Below, piece after piece: positions 26,115 to 35,994 of a DNA stretch of 64,000 nucleotides. Below the pieces are notes generated by a model, which worked only from the letters and a program-made list of their open reading frames with translations, was not told the DNA's origin and did not search any database. The stretch is from an uncultured Chloroflexia bacterium (GTDB taxonomy: Bacteria; Chloroflexota; Limnocylindria; Limnocylindrales; CSP1-4): the NCBI GenBank assembly GCA_963754485.1, contig CAVWFY010000013.1:162183-226182 (forward strand). The letters are read 5' to 3'. The translations under genes and the position numbers were made by a program. The first letter of the stretch is position 1; each line of letters starts with the position of its first letter.

Positions 26115-27803
26115 TCAGACCGCGGGCACGGGCTCCGCCTCGTCCGGCCCGCCAACCTCGTCCCCGGGCACCGGCTCGTGGCCCGACTCCTGGTGCATCT
26201 GCGTCTTCGGCAGCAGCAGGCTGAACACCACGCCGAGCAGCACGAACCCGGTCGCCACGAAGCCGGCGAGCCGCGTCGCGTCCACGAAGGCGTCCTCGAT
26301 GCCGGGCACCAGCGCCTCGTACTTCGGGTCTTCCTTGAAGACCACGAGCGCCTGGCCCGCGGAGGCCTCCATCGCCTGGGCGATCCCGTCCACCGCCGCC
26401 GGGGGCACTCCGGGAACCTCGGACAGGTTCCGTTGGACACCGTTGCCCAGCGACACGAACAGCACGGTGCCCAGGATCGCGATGCCCAGCGCCGAGCCGA
26501 CCTGGCGGACGGTGGAGTTCGCGCCGGACGCCAGGCCGGACCGCTCGGCCGGGATGTCCGACAGCACGATGGAGGTCAGCTGGGCCGTGGCGAACCCCAC
26601 GCCGATGCCGTACACGAACAGCGGAATCGCGAGCTGGAGCCCGGTGACGTCCACCGAGATGAGCAGCGTCGTCGCGATGATGCCGATCGCCTCGAGCGAC
26701 ATGCCGAGCGTGACGACCCGCCGAGGACCCCATCGATGCGAGGCCCGGGCGGCCATGGGGGCCGCCACGAACGCGCCCATCGCCAGCGCCAGGAACACGA
26801 CGCCGGTCTCGAACGCCGAGTAGCCGACGACGGCCTGGAGGAACAGCGGCAGGGCGAACAGGAGGCCGAACTCGCCGAGCGAGACGATGCTGCCGGCGAG
26901 GTTGCCGTAGCGGAACGCCTTGTAGCGCCACAGCTCCACGTCGAACAGGAAGAACTTGCCGGCCCGGGACCGCCGGCCCTCGACGACGAAGAACAGGACC
27001 AGCGCCACGAGGCCGAAACCGATCGCGACCGGGATGATCGAGATGTTCTCGAACGGCCATGTCCAGCCGAACAGGGTGAAGGGCTTGGTCGGCGCCCACC
27101 AGCCGTAGGTGCGGCCCTCGATCAGGCCGAAGAGGAACGCGCCCAGGCCCAGCGTGATGAGCAGGAACCCCGCCGGGTCGAGCCCTGCCTTGGCGTTCTC
27201 GTCCTTCGACTCCTTGATGTAGCGGAGCGTGCCGAAGAACGCGATCGCCGCGATCGGGATGTTGATGAAGAAGGCCCAGCGCCAGGTCAGGTAGGTGGTG
27301 AGCCAGCCGCCAATGAGCGGACCGATCGCCGCCATGCCGCCGATCGTCGCGCCCCAGATCCCGAACGCGATCGCGCGGTCCCGGCCGCGGAAGTTGGTGT
27401 TGAGGATCGACTGCGTCGAAGGCAGGATCATTGCCCCGCCCACGCCCTGCAGGACGCGCGCCGCGATCAGGAGCTCGCCCGACGGTGCCGCGCCCGCGAG
27501 CACGGATGCGAAGGCGAAGACGACCAGGCCGGTCAGGTACATCGCCCGGCGGCCCAGCAGGTCGCCCACGCGTCCCAGCGTGACCAGCAGTGCCGCGAAG
27601 ACCAGCGCGTAGACGGTGTTGATCCACGCGGCGGTGGTGGAGTCGATCTTGAGGTCACGGATGATCGAGGGAACCGCGACGTTCACGATCGTGGTGTCGA
27701 TGATGATCATCGACACGCCGAGGCTGAGCATGGCCAGGCCGAGCCAGCGGCCACGGCCCTGCGCGGAGATGGCGGCGCCGCCGGCGCTCGCGGGATCGGT
27801 CAC
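26115..27803 (-). CDS. MFS transporter, DHA2 (EmrB/QacA, 14-TMS) family
   Basis: LSLGVSMIIIDTTIVNVAVPSI, LGRVGDLLGRR and GGWLTTYLTWRWAFFINIPI are typical DHA2 motifs. Confidence 0.85.
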   Translation of the reverse strand: MTDPASAGGAAISAQGRGRWLGLAMLSLGVSMIIIDTTIVNVAVPSIIRDLKIDSTTAAWINTVYALVFAALLVTLGRVGDLLGRRAMYLTGLVVFAFASVLAGAAPSGELLIAARVLQGVGGAMILPSTQSILNTNFRGRDRAIAFGIWGATIGGMAAIGPLIGGWLTTYLTWRWAFFINIPIAAIAFFGTLRYIKESKDENAKAGLDPAGFLLITLGLGAFLFGLIEGRTYGWWAPTKPFTLFGWTWPFENISIIPVAIGFGLVALVLFFVVEGRRSRAGKFFLFDVELWRYKAFRYGNLAGSIVSLGEFGLLFALPLFLQAVVGYSAFETGVVFLALAMGAFVAAPMAARASHRWGPRRVVTLGMSLEAIGIIATTLLISVDVTGLQLAIPLFVYGIGVGFATAQLTSIVLSDIPAERSGLASGANSTVRQVGSALGIAILGTVLFVSLGNGVQRNLSEVPGVPPAAVDGIAQAMEASAGQALVVFKEDPKYEALVPGIEDAFVDATRLAGFVATGFVLLGVVFSLLLPKTQMHQESGHEPVPGDEVGGPDEAEPVPAV

Positions 27804-28036
27804 GGGTGTGGTGCTCCCCTCGTCAGGCTCGGATCCGACACGGCGCGGGACGGGCGCTGTACGCCACTCGTGGGCGATGGCGGGTCAGATAGCGCGAGTG
27901 TTGCACGGGTCGGCGCTGCGTGGCGCCGATGGAACGGCGGCGGGACCGCGGACCCAACGCGCTCCGGGCCGCCCGGACCCCACCTCGCCCCCACGTCGGG
28001 CCACGCGCACGGACTCCCGCGGCGTATCCTCCGGCG

Positions 28037-29413
28037 ATGGACCGCTGGACGACCATCATCGAGCCCTTCCGCATCCACGCCGTCGAGCCCATCCGGCTGA
28101 CCACGGAGGCCGAGCGCGAACGGGCGCTCGAGGCCGCAGGCTGGAACCTGTTCAACCTCCACGCCGACGACGTCCTGATCGACTTCCTCACGGACTCCGG
28201 CACGGGCGCGATGAGCCGCGACCAGTGGGCCGCCATCCAGCGCGGCGACGAGAGCTACGCCGGCAGCCCCAGCTGGTTCGTGTTCCTCGAGGCGGTCCAG
28301 GACCTGTTCCCGTTCAAGCACGTGATTCCCACCCACCAGGGTCGCGCCGCCGAGAAGATCCTGTTCACTGCGATCGGCGGGCCGGGCAGGGTCATCCCCA
28401 ACAACACCCACTTCGACACGACCCGCGCCAACGTGGAGTTCACGGGCGCCGAGGCCGTGGACCTGGTGATCGCCGAGGGCCGCCAGCCGTCGCTCATCCA
28501 CCCGTTCAAGGGGAACATGGACGTCGCGGCGCTCGAACGGCTGCTGGCGGAGCGGGGCGACGCGGTGCCGGTCGTCGTGATGACGATCACCAACAACTCC
28601 GGCGGCGGCCAGCCCGTGAGTCTCGAGAACCTGCGCGCGGTCCGGGAGGTCTGCGACCGCTTCGGCAAGCCGCTGTTCCTCGACGGCTGCCGGTTCGCGG
28701 AGAACGCGTGGTTCATCAAGACCCGCGAGCCCGGCCAGGAGCATCGCCCGGTCGTGGACATCATCCGCGAGATCGGCAGCCTCGTGGACGGCATGACGAT
28801 GTCGGCCAAGAAGGACGGCATGGCCAACATCGGCGGCTGGCTGGCCCTCAACGACGACGCCCTGGCCGAGAGCTGCCGCAACCTCCTGATCCTGACCGAG
28901 GGCTTCCCCACCTACGGCGGGCTGGCCGGGCGCGACCTCGAGGCCATCGCCCAGGGCCTCAAGGAGGTCGTGAGCGAGGACTACCTGCGCTACCGGATCA
29001 CCTCCACGGCGTACCTCGGCGAGGCGCTGGTGGCCGCCGGCATGCCGTGCGTGCAGCCGTTCGGCGGCCACGCGGTCTACATCGACGCCCGGGCGATGCT
29101 CCCCCACATCCCGCCGCTGCAATACCCGGGCCAGGCCCTGGCCGTGGAGCTGTACCGGGCCGGTGGGATCCGCGGCTGCGAGATCGGCACCGTGATGTTC
29201 GGCAAGCACCCGGACGGGACCGAGACCGAGGGGCCGATGGACCTGGTGCGCCTCGCCATCCCTCGGCGGACATATACCCAGAGCCACGTCGACTACGTGA
29301 TCGAGGTGGCGCGGGACGTGGTTTCGCGCGCCGGCAGTCTGCGCGGCTACCGGATCGTGAAGGAGCCGGCCCAGCTGCGGCACTTCACGGCGACCTTCGC
29401 TCCGCTGGGCTGA
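28037..29413 (+). CDS. tnaA: Beta-eliminating lyase (tryptophanase / tyrosine phenol-lyase family)
   Basis: TIIEPFRIHAVEPIRLTT..LLTDSGTGAMS..VIPTHQGRAAE..SAKKDGMANIGG (PLP-Lys) closely follows the tryptophanase pattern. I cannot separate substrate specificity (Trp versus Tyr). Confidence 0.8.
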   Translation: MDRWTTIIEPFRIHAVEPIRLTTEAERERALEAAGWNLFNLHADDVLIDFLTDSGTGAMSRDQWAAIQRGDESYAGSPSWFVFLEAVQDLFPFKHVIPTHQGRAAEKILFTAIGGPGRVIPNNTHFDTTRANVEFTGAEAVDLVIAEGRQPSLIHPFKGNMDVAALERLLAERGDAVPVVVMTITNNSGGGQPVSLENLRAVREVCDRFGKPLFLDGCRFAENAWFIKTREPGQEHRPVVDIIREIGSLVDGMTMSAKKDGMANIGGWLALNDDALAESCRNLLILTEGFPTYGGLAGRDLEAIAQGLKEVVSEDYLRYRITSTAYLGEALVAAGMPCVQPFGGHAVYIDARAMLPHIPPLQYPGQALAVELYRAGGIRGCEIGTVMFGKHPDGTETEGPMDLVRLAIPRRTYTQSHVDYVIEVARDVVSRAGSLRGYRIVKEPAQLRHFTATFAPLG

Positions 29414-29430
29414 GGTACGGAGGCACTCCC

Positions 29431-29868
29431 GTGCAGATCCTCGTCATCGACGGCCCGAACCTCAACCTCGTCGGGACCCGCGAGCCATCCATCTACGGGT
29501 CCGAGACGCTGGACCAGGTCCACGACCGGGTGCGCGCCCGTGCCAGGGAGCTCGGCATCGCGGTGGCCTTCTTCCAGTCGAACCACGAGGGCCGGATCAT
29601 CGACCGGATCCACGAGCGCAACTTCGATGGCGCCGTCGTCAACGCGGGCGGCCTGACGCACACGAGCGTGGCCCTTCGGGACGCGCTGCTGGGCGTCGCG
29701 CGGCCGTTCGTGGAGGTCCACCTCACGGACCCGTCGACGCGCGAGCCGTTCCGGAGAGTCAACCTGCTTCACGACATCGCGGTGTCGAGCATCGTGGGCC
29801 TGGGACCGCGTGGGTACGTGCTGGGGCTGGAGGCCATCGTGGAGCACCTCCGGCGCCGCGCAGGCTGA
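29431..29868 (+). CDS. aroQ: Type II 3-dehydroquinate dehydratase
   Basis: ILVIDGPNLNLVGTREPSIYG..FQSNHEGRIIDRIH..NAGGLTHTSVALRDAL. GTG 29431. Only the last 146 codons of the 750-aa ORF are real. Confidence 0.9.
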   Translation: MQILVIDGPNLNLVGTREPSIYGSETLDQVHDRVRARARELGIAVAFFQSNHEGRIIDRIHERNFDGAVVNAGGLTHTSVALRDALLGVARPFVEVHLTDPSTREPFRRVNLLHDIAVSSIVGLGPRGYVLGLEAIVEHLRRRAG

Positions 29869-29878
29869 GAAGCTCGCC

Positions 29879-30466
29879 ATGCCCGAGGGCCGCGAGCGCG
29901 ATCGATATGCCCGCGCTTCGCTCCGCGAGCAGGCCGGCGACCTGGTCGCGAGCCTGAGGCGCCACCCGGGCGTGGTCGCGATCCTCGTCGTGGTCTTCGG
30001 GGGGTGGCTGGTGCTGAACCTGACGACGCCCGCCCCCCTCAGGGTGGACGACCTCCAGGCGGGTGACTGCCTGTACATCCACGCCGCGGACGCCGACACG
30101 GACTCCCCGACCGGACGGCCGGCCGGGAGCTCGACGTCCGCGGTGGCCGCCCTGTACTCGGGCGGGGCGGAGAAGGCATCCTGCGACGGGTCGCACAGCC
30201 ACGAGGTGCTGCTGCAGACGACGCTCGCCGACGGCGCGGGCACCGAGTACCCGGGCAGGGACGCGCTGGTCGAGCGCACGCGGGCGGCCTGTGAGGCCGC
30301 GTTCACCCAGTACGTTGGGCGGCCGCCTCAGGGCTCCGCCATGGAGCTCATCGTCGCGGTCCCGCCCGACGCATCCTGGACGGATGGTGTGCGCGCGGCG
30401 CCCTGCCTGGTCGGCGATCCCGCGGGGCAGTTCCTGCTCAAGCCGGTGAGGGGAAGCGGCCTGTAG
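29879..30466 (+). CDS. Membrane-anchored hypothetical protein (septum-formation-like Cys-containing ectodomain)
   Basis: TM helix VVAILVVVFGGWLVLNL. GDCLY..ASCDGSHSHEV..AACEAAF..APCLV pattern. The family assignment is tentative. Confidence 0.4.
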   Translation: MPEGRERDRYARASLREQAGDLVASLRRHPGVVAILVVVFGGWLVLNLTTPAPLRVDDLQAGDCLYIHAADADTDSPTGRPAGSSTSAVAALYSGGAEKASCDGSHSHEVLLQTTLADGAGTEYPGRDALVERTRAACEAAFTQYVGRPPQGSAMELIVAVPPDASWTDGVRAAPCLVGDPAGQFLLKPVRGSGL

Positions 30467-30487
30467 CGGGACGTCCGCCCAGGCGAC

Positions 30488-31634
30488 TCAGCCCCGTACC
30501 GACTGCGCTCGCAGGGCCCGGATACCGCCCACCGCGGAGGCGAGGGAGGCCCCGACGAAGACCAGCATGGACGTCACCGTCAGGACGCCGCCCACCTGCC
30601 ACGCCTCGGGGTATCCGAGGATGTCCCCCACCACCACCCGCACCACGAGGCCGGCCTGCAGCAGTGCCAGGTGGACGTAGAACCAGGGCCGGTACGGCAG
30701 CGGGATCCGCAGCACCGCGGGCAGGATCACCGGCGCGTGGCCGTACACCATGGAGATGACGAAGCCGAGGAACAGGGCATGGAGCATGGCGTCCCGCGCG
30801 AGGGCCGGGGCGGCGGCCCCGAAGGCCAGCCACGCCGCTCCACCGACCGCCAGCCAGGCGTATCCCGCCAGGAGAGACAGCGCGATGAACCGCGTCACGC
30901 CGGGGAGGCGTACCGTCCGGCGCGCGATGTCATACCGGGCGAGCCATGCCGCGAGCGCCAGGAGTCCCGACGCCACCCAGCCGCAGGCCCGCATCCGGGA
31001 GCCAGGTCGCCGCCACGACCCCGAGCCCGAACACCCCCGCGGCGACGAGGAACGCGGCACGCCGGGCCGGGGTGAGCATGCCCATCCTCGCCAGCTCGAG
31101 GCGCTCGCCGGCCACCGTGAGAATCAGGAATGCGGCCAGCGCCGGGACCGCGTCCGCGACTGGCCGGCCGGCCTGCAGGAGCGCCGCGGCGAGGATCCAG
31201 CCCACCGCCCCGGCCGCCTGGACCCAGGTGTGAAGCCCGCGATCCATGCCGATGAACGTCAGGTACATCGCCAGGTAGACGATCGAGGCCAGGGAGATGA
31301 GGGTCGTGGTCACGAGGGCCGGCCCATCCAGGATGAGGAGCGCACCTGCGATCCCGGAGGCGAGCGGCGCCGCGTACCCCCAGGGGCGACCGAGCGCCAC
31401 CGCCCGCTCGAGGGCGATGAGCGTCCCCAGGAACCCGAGCGTCATCAGGAGCCCGTGCGACCCGGCAAGGCGGGCGCCGGCAGTGGGACCGGTCACGCCC
31501 AGCAGCACGAGCGCCCCGAACAGCCCGGCGAGGAGCGAGGCGCCCGCCAGCGCCAGGACGCCGAGGCGGCGCGGGGCCGGCAGGACGGCCGGGCGCGCCG
31601 CCGGGGCGGCGAGGGCGCCTCCAGCGGGGGTCAT
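30488..31634 (-). pseudogene. Polytopic membrane protein, NnrS-like (His-containing TM motifs), one frame shift near 30990
   Basis: The two ORFs 30930-31751 and 30488-31060 join. SHGLLMTLGFLGT and HALFLGFVISMVYGHAP resemble NnrS His motifs from memory. ATGA-coupled to the DUF59 gene. Confidence 0.4.
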
Positions 31635-32005
31635 CCGGTCCAGCCCAGGGTCCGCCTCGCCGCGTCGGACATCAGGGCGGGCGACCAGCGGGGCTCGAGG
31701 ACCACCTCGACCTCGACGCCCAGGATCCCGGGCAGCTTCAGCACGGCCCACCGGACCTGGTCCTCGAGGTAGTTGCCGAGCGGACAGGCCGGCGTGGTCA
31801 CGGTGAGGGTGACGTACGCGATCCCGTCGCTGACGGCGACGTCGTAGACGAGGCCCAGGTCAACGAGGTTGATCCCGAGCTCCGGGTCGATCACCCCGCG
31901 CAGCGCCTCCATCACGGGGGCGGGATCGTCGTCGAGCTCCAGCAGGCGGCCGAGACCGATGACGGGTCCGGCGGTCGTCTGGGCGTCGATGTCGGCGTCA
32001 GGCAC
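31631..32005 (-). CDS. DUF59 / MIP18-family Fe-S assembly-related protein (SufT/PaaD-like)
   Basis: VMEALRGVIDPELGINLVDLGLVYDV..VTLTVTTPACPLGNYL. GTG 32005 overlaps the ArsR stop by 8 nt. Confidence 0.7.
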   Translation of the reverse strand: MPDADIDAQTTAGPVIGLGRLLELDDDPAPVMEALRGVIDPELGINLVDLGLVYDVAVSDGIAYVTLTVTTPACPLGNYLEDQVRWAVLKLPGILGVEVEVVLEPRWSPALMSDAARRTLGWTG

Positions 32006-32666
32006 TGGGCATCCTCCCGAGCCGGGCGACGCACAGGTCGGGCCGGACCAGCGGCTCGATGGATGTCGCGTCCCGCGTGGAGCCAAGCTCGCGGAGGGCG
32101 CCCCGGATGAACCCGAGGTGGATGCCGCACACCACGGGCAGGTGGCGGTGTTCGATGGGCAGGAACGGGCAGGCCCGGAGGTTGATCTCGTCGTCATCGG
32201 GCGCGACGGGCTCCGGGGCGAACCCGGCGTCGGCGAGGAGGGTGACGAGGGCGTCGATCCGGTCTGGCGCGGTGGCCGCCGGTGACGCGGCGGCGCCACT
32301 CGAGACCACCGACGCGACGTCCCGACCCCAGCGTTCCCCGGCCGCTCCCCATGCTGCCGCCGCATCCGGCAGCGCCGCGACCTGGGCGGCCAGGACGCCG
32401 GCGAGGACGCGGTACGGATCCTCTGGCTCCGGCACAAGATCGAAGCGCAGGCCGGGCCGGCCCCGACCGCTCGGTGCCGCATGCGAGACCCGGACCAGGC
32501 CGGCGGCCTCGAGGCGGCGCAGTTGCTCCCGCACGGAGTTGGGGTGCAGGCCCACCGCTCCGGCCAGGTCCGCCACGCCGAGCGGCGCCGCCGCCTCCCG
32601 CAGGGCGTGGACCAGCGCGCGGCGGGTGGGGTCCGCGAGGGCAACGTGGCGATCGGTGTCGTGCAT
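31998..32666 (-). CDS. ArsR-type HTH transcriptional regulator with Cys/His-containing C-terminal domain
   Basis: LADPTRRALVHALREAAAPLGVADLAGAVGLHPNSVREQLRRLEAAGLV. The C-terminus has ACPF..HRHLPVVCGIHLGF. ATG 32666 is close to a -10-like element, so the transcript may be leaderless. Confidence 0.75.
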   Translation of the reverse strand: MHDTDRHVALADPTRRALVHALREAAAPLGVADLAGAVGLHPNSVREQLRRLEAAGLVRVSHAAPSGRGRPGLRFDLVPEPEDPYRVLAGVLAAQVAALPDAAAAWGAAGERWGRDVASVVSSGAAASPAATAPDRIDALVTLLADAGFAPEPVAPDDDEINLRACPFLPIEHRHLPVVCGIHLGFIRGALRELGSTRDATSIEPLVRPDLCVARLGRMPSA

Positions 32667-32668
32667 GC

Positions 32669-32698
32669 TTGCATTTTGCACGGTTTGTGCCGTACATT
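32669..32698. promoter_or_regulatory. AT-richer divergent promoter/operator region (TTGCAT-N18-TACATT on +; TTGAAA-N18-CAAAAT on -)
   Basis: This is the only AT-rich stretch in the ArsR/DUF2249 intergenic gap (32667-32739). It has partial dyad symmetry. The hexamers were read by eye. Confidence 0.35.
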
Positions 32699-32739
32699 TC
32701 AAGTCCCAACCTCGAAACGGTACCCAGCACGGAGTTCCC

Positions 32740-32988
32740 ATGACCGAGATGAAGCGCCTTGACCTGCGCGGCATGCCCATGGACCCGCGCCACGCGCTGC
32801 TGTTCAGCACGCTGTTCGGGCTTCAGACCGGCGAGTCGATGGAGGTCACCAACGACCACGACCCGTCCGGCCTCTCCTACCGGCTGGCGGAGGAGCATCC
32901 CGGCCGGTTCGCCTGGACCTGGCTTGAGCAGGGCCCCGTGGACTGGCGGTTCCGGGTGGACTGCGGCGGGGAGGCGCCGGCGTCCTAG
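32740..32988 (+). CDS. DUF2249 domain protein
   Basis: LDLRGMPMDPRHALLFSTLFGLQTGESMEVTNDHDPSGLSYRLAEEHPGRFAWTWLEQGPVDWRFRV fits the DUF2249 pattern from memory. Confidence 0.65.
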   Translation: MTEMKRLDLRGMPMDPRHALLFSTLFGLQTGESMEVTNDHDPSGLSYRLAEEHPGRFAWTWLEQGPVDWRFRVDCGGEAPAS

Positions 32989-33596
32989 CCGCCCCGCCGG
33001 CCGCCGAAGCGCCACTGGATGGACCCGGTGTAGCAGTGGTCGAGGTAGTCGCACAGGGCGCGCGACATGTCCCAGGTGCGCCCCGCAACGTACGGCCCAC
33101 GGTCTATGACCGGCACCGTGACCTGGCGACCATTCGCCGGGTTGCGGAACGTCACGAGCGTGCCGCAGGGCAGGCTCCGGTGCGCGACGCCCATGATCGT
33201 GCGCGAGTAGCGCTGGCCGCAGGCCGTCCCGCTGCCGAAGAAGCCCGGACCGTACCAGCTGATGTCCGGGTCGAAGCGCCAGGAGTTCTTCCGGATGACA
33301 CCGACCCTCGGCGCAGGCTGGGCGATCGCGGGACGGGCGGCCGGCTCGCCGCCGGGTCCTGGATCCGGGAACGCCGCGACCGACCCCAGCCTTGCGGCGG
33401 AGTCCTGCGCGAGGTCGGTCGGTTGAATCGACGTCGCCGTTGAACCGACGGGCAGAGCGATGGACACGGCCGTCAACGTGGCCGAGTCGATCGTCCGGGC
33501 GGAGCTCGGTGGGCGCGAGCCCGCGGGTCCAGGTACGGCGACCAGGGCGGCCGCGGCCATGAGTGCCGCGAACGCGACGATGAGCCTGGTTCGCAC
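32985..33596 (-). CDS. Secreted RlpA-like double-psi beta-barrel (DPBB) protein
   Basis: Signal peptide RTRLIVAFAALMAAAALVA. WYGPGFFGSGTACGQRY..GTLVTFRNPANGRQVTVPVIDRGPY. Confidence 0.7.
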   Translation of the reverse strand: MRTRLIVAFAALMAAAALVAVPGPAGSRPPSSARTIDSATLTAVSIALPVGSTATSIQPTDLAQDSAARLGSVAAFPDPGPGGEPAARPAIAQPAPRVGVIRKNSWRFDPDISWYGPGFFGSGTACGQRYSRTIMGVAHRSLPCGTLVTFRNPANGRQVTVPVIDRGPYVAGRTWDMSRALCDYLDHCYTGSIQWRFGGRRGG

Positions 33597-33694
33597 GATG
33601 CTCCCGAAGCCTACCCCGCCATGTCAAATCCGGACCGCGCCTCGGGACAGGGTCCCGGGCGCGACGCGGCGGCATGGGACGGTAGGCTGCGGCC

Positions 33695-34651
33695 ATGACC
33701 TACCGTCGCCCGGCCCAGGAGCCCGTCGCCGAGCGGTCCGTGGCGGTGGACGTGCCGCTGGACCTGCGTCGGACGCTCGGCATCCACGGGCGCGGCGCGG
33801 CTGATCCGACGCTCCGGTTCGAGGTCTCGGGCACCACCTGGCGCGCGAGCCGAACCCCGGACGGGCCGGTGACGCTGCTCGTGGAGCTCCGGGACGGCAC
33901 CGCGAGGGCACGCGCGTGGGGTCCCGGTGCGGCGTGGGCGCTGGCGCGCCTCGAGGCGTTCCTCGGCCTCGACGACGATCCCGGCGCCCTCGTCCCCCGG
34001 CACGCTGCGGTCGCGGCGGCGGTGCGACGGGTGCGCGGCCTGCGGATCGGGCGATCCGGCGGGGTGATCGAGGCCCTGGTCCCGGCCATCCTCGAGCAGA
34101 AGGTGACCGGCGCCGAGGCCGGCCGCACCTATCGTGGGCTGGTCGCCAGGTACGGCGAGCCGGCACCCGGCGGCTTCGGCTTGCGGCTCCAGCCGGACCC
34201 CGGGATCCTCGCCGACCTGCCGTACCACGCATTCCATCCGCTGGGGCTGGAGCGCCGGCGCGCGGAGCTGGTGCGGGCCGTGTGCCGGGAGGCGGCGCGG
34301 CTGGAGCGCCTGGGCGAGGCGGCGGCCGGTCCCGGGGCGGAGGAGCCGGCACGGGCCGCCGCGTATGCGGCCCTGCGGGCGTTCCCGGGGATCGGGCCCT
34401 GGACGGCTGCGGAGGTGGGGATCCGGGCCTTCGGCGACCCGGACGCGGTGAGCGTCGGCGACTTCCACGTCCCGAACATGGTGGCCTGGGCGCTCGCCGG
34501 TGAGCCACGCGGCAGCGATGAACGGATGCTGGAGCTGCTGGAGCCGTACCGGGGACAGCGCGGACGGGTCGTCCGCCTCCTGGAGCTGGCGGGCACGAAG
34601 GCGCCGCGCTACGGTCCCCGGCTCGCCCCACGCCGGATCGCCGACCTGTAG
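33695..34651 (+). CDS. DNA-3-methyladenine glycosylase II family (HhH-GPD, AlkA-like)
   Basis: ILEQKVTGAEA..LRAFPGIGPWTAAEVGIRAFGDPDAVSVGDFHV (HhH plus catalytic Asp context). Confidence 0.75.
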   Translation: MTYRRPAQEPVAERSVAVDVPLDLRRTLGIHGRGAADPTLRFEVSGTTWRASRTPDGPVTLLVELRDGTARARAWGPGAAWALARLEAFLGLDDDPGALVPRHAAVAAAVRRVRGLRIGRSGGVIEALVPAILEQKVTGAEAGRTYRGLVARYGEPAPGGFGLRLQPDPGILADLPYHAFHPLGLERRRAELVRAVCREAARLERLGEAAAGPGAEEPARAAAYAALRAFPGIGPWTAAEVGIRAFGDPDAVSVGDFHVPNMVAWALAGEPRGSDERMLELLEPYRGQRGRVVRLLELAGTKAPRYGPRLAPRRIADL

Positions 34652-34719
34652 CGGCGACCGGAGGCCTGAGACCGGAGGCCTGGCGCCCCGGGCTGGACGT
34701 CCAGCCGCCGGACCGGTGG

Positions 34720-35940
34720 TCAGCCCGCGGGCGCCTCCTCGCGCATGCCCCACGGCGACCCGTACTCGACCAGCAGGTCCAGGAACGGCCTGGGCTCGAA
34801 GGCCTCCGGGCCCAGGACGCCGATTCCGGACCACGTGCCGCGGGCCAGCAGCTCGAACGCGACGATGGGATTGATGGCCGTCTGCCAGACCACGGCCTGC
34901 GAGCCGTACTCCTTCCAGGTCCAGTCGCTGTCCACCACGTGGTAGAGGTAGACCTGGCGCGGCCGGCCGTCCTTGCCCGTGCCCGTGACCCATGTCCCGG
35001 CGCACGTCTGCCCGTGCATCCGGTCGCCGAGGCCCGCCGGGTCGGGCAGGCACGCGGCCACGACGTCCCGCGGCGACACCGCGACGCCCTTGACGGAGAT
35101 GGGATCGGTCCTGTCCAGGCCAAGCGTGTGCAGCACGTTGAGCACGTTGATGAACTCGTTGCCCAGCCCGTACTTGAAGGTCACGCGCTTTGCCTTGACC
35201 CAGCGCGGGATCAGGAGCACCTCCTCGTGCTCCACGTGCACACACTCGACGGGGCCGATCCCGCCGGGGAAGTCGAAGACCTCGGGCTCGGAGAAGGGCG
35301 GCATGGTGAACCAGCCCTTCCCCTCCTCCCAGACGACCGGCGGGTTGAGGCACTCCTCGATCGTCGTCCAGATGGAGAACGACGGCGCGAAGTCGTAGCC
35401 GTCCACGACCAGGTTGGCGCCGTCGCGAACGCCAGCCTCGTCGATCTCGCTGAACAGCTCGTCCTGGGCATAGCGGGCGAAGATGTCCGAGAGACCCGGC
35501 TCCACGCCCATGCCCACGAACGCCAGCCGGCCGGCGGCCTCCCAGTGGGAGGCCATCTCGAACTGGCGGTCTCCCAGTTTCTCGCCCGTGAGCTCGAACG
35601 GCTTGTGCGGGTGCGGGCGGGACAGCGACATGGCCATGTCCATGTAGTCCACGCCCGCCTCGTAGCAGGCGTCGAAGATGGGCATGACGAAGCGCGGGTC
35701 CACCGCGTTGAGGACGTGGGTGATGTCGTGCTCACGGATGAGGGCGACGACCGACGCGGCGTCCGACGCGTCCACCCGGGCGCCGCTGAAACGTGGGTCG
35801 CCGGCCACCTGCGCGAGCGCGTGCTCCACGCGGGCGGGGTCGTAGTCAGCCACCACGATGTGCTCGAAGAAGCTGCGCCGGGCCGCGATGGCCACGGCCG
35901 CGGTGCCGACGCCGCCGGCGCCGACGATGAGGATGCGCAT
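34720..35940 (-). CDS. Saccharopine dehydrogenase-family NAD(P)-binding protein
   Basis: MRILIVGAGGVGTAAVAIAARR Rossmann start. The length and C-terminal domain are typical of the family. Adjacent to an APC permease. Confidence 0.8.
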   Translation of the reverse strand: MRILIVGAGGVGTAAVAIAARRSFFEHIVVADYDPARVEHALAQVAGDPRFSGARVDASDAASVVALIREHDITHVLNAVDPRFVMPIFDACYEAGVDYMDMAMSLSRPHPHKPFELTGEKLGDRQFEMASHWEAAGRLAFVGMGVEPGLSDIFARYAQDELFSEIDEAGVRDGANLVVDGYDFAPSFSIWTTIEECLNPPVVWEEGKGWFTMPPFSEPEVFDFPGGIGPVECVHVEHEEVLLIPRWVKAKRVTFKYGLGNEFINVLNVLHTLGLDRTDPISVKGVAVSPRDVVAACLPDPAGLGDRMHGQTCAGTWVTGTGKDGRPRQVYLYHVVDSDWTWKEYGSQAVVWQTAINPIVAFELLARGTWSGIGVLGPEAFEPRPFLDLLVEYGSPWGMREEAPAG

Positions 35941-35994
35941 GTGGTCGATCACCTCTGCCCCCCGGTTTTCTCTGCTCATGTCCCGCGCGTCAGG

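Noticed and set aside
27616-29430. N-terminal 600 codons of the 750-aa ORF ending in aroQ
   Set aside because: This stretch overlaps the tnaA-like gene in another frame and reads as Arg/Pro/Gly filler. Only the segment from GTG 29431 matches type II dehydroquinase.
28037-29868. tnaA-like lyase plus aroQ as a novel aromatic-metabolism operon with a TnaC-type leader
   Set aside because: I found no convincing short leader peptide with a conserved Trp in 27804-28036. The adjacency of two common genes is not itself unusual.
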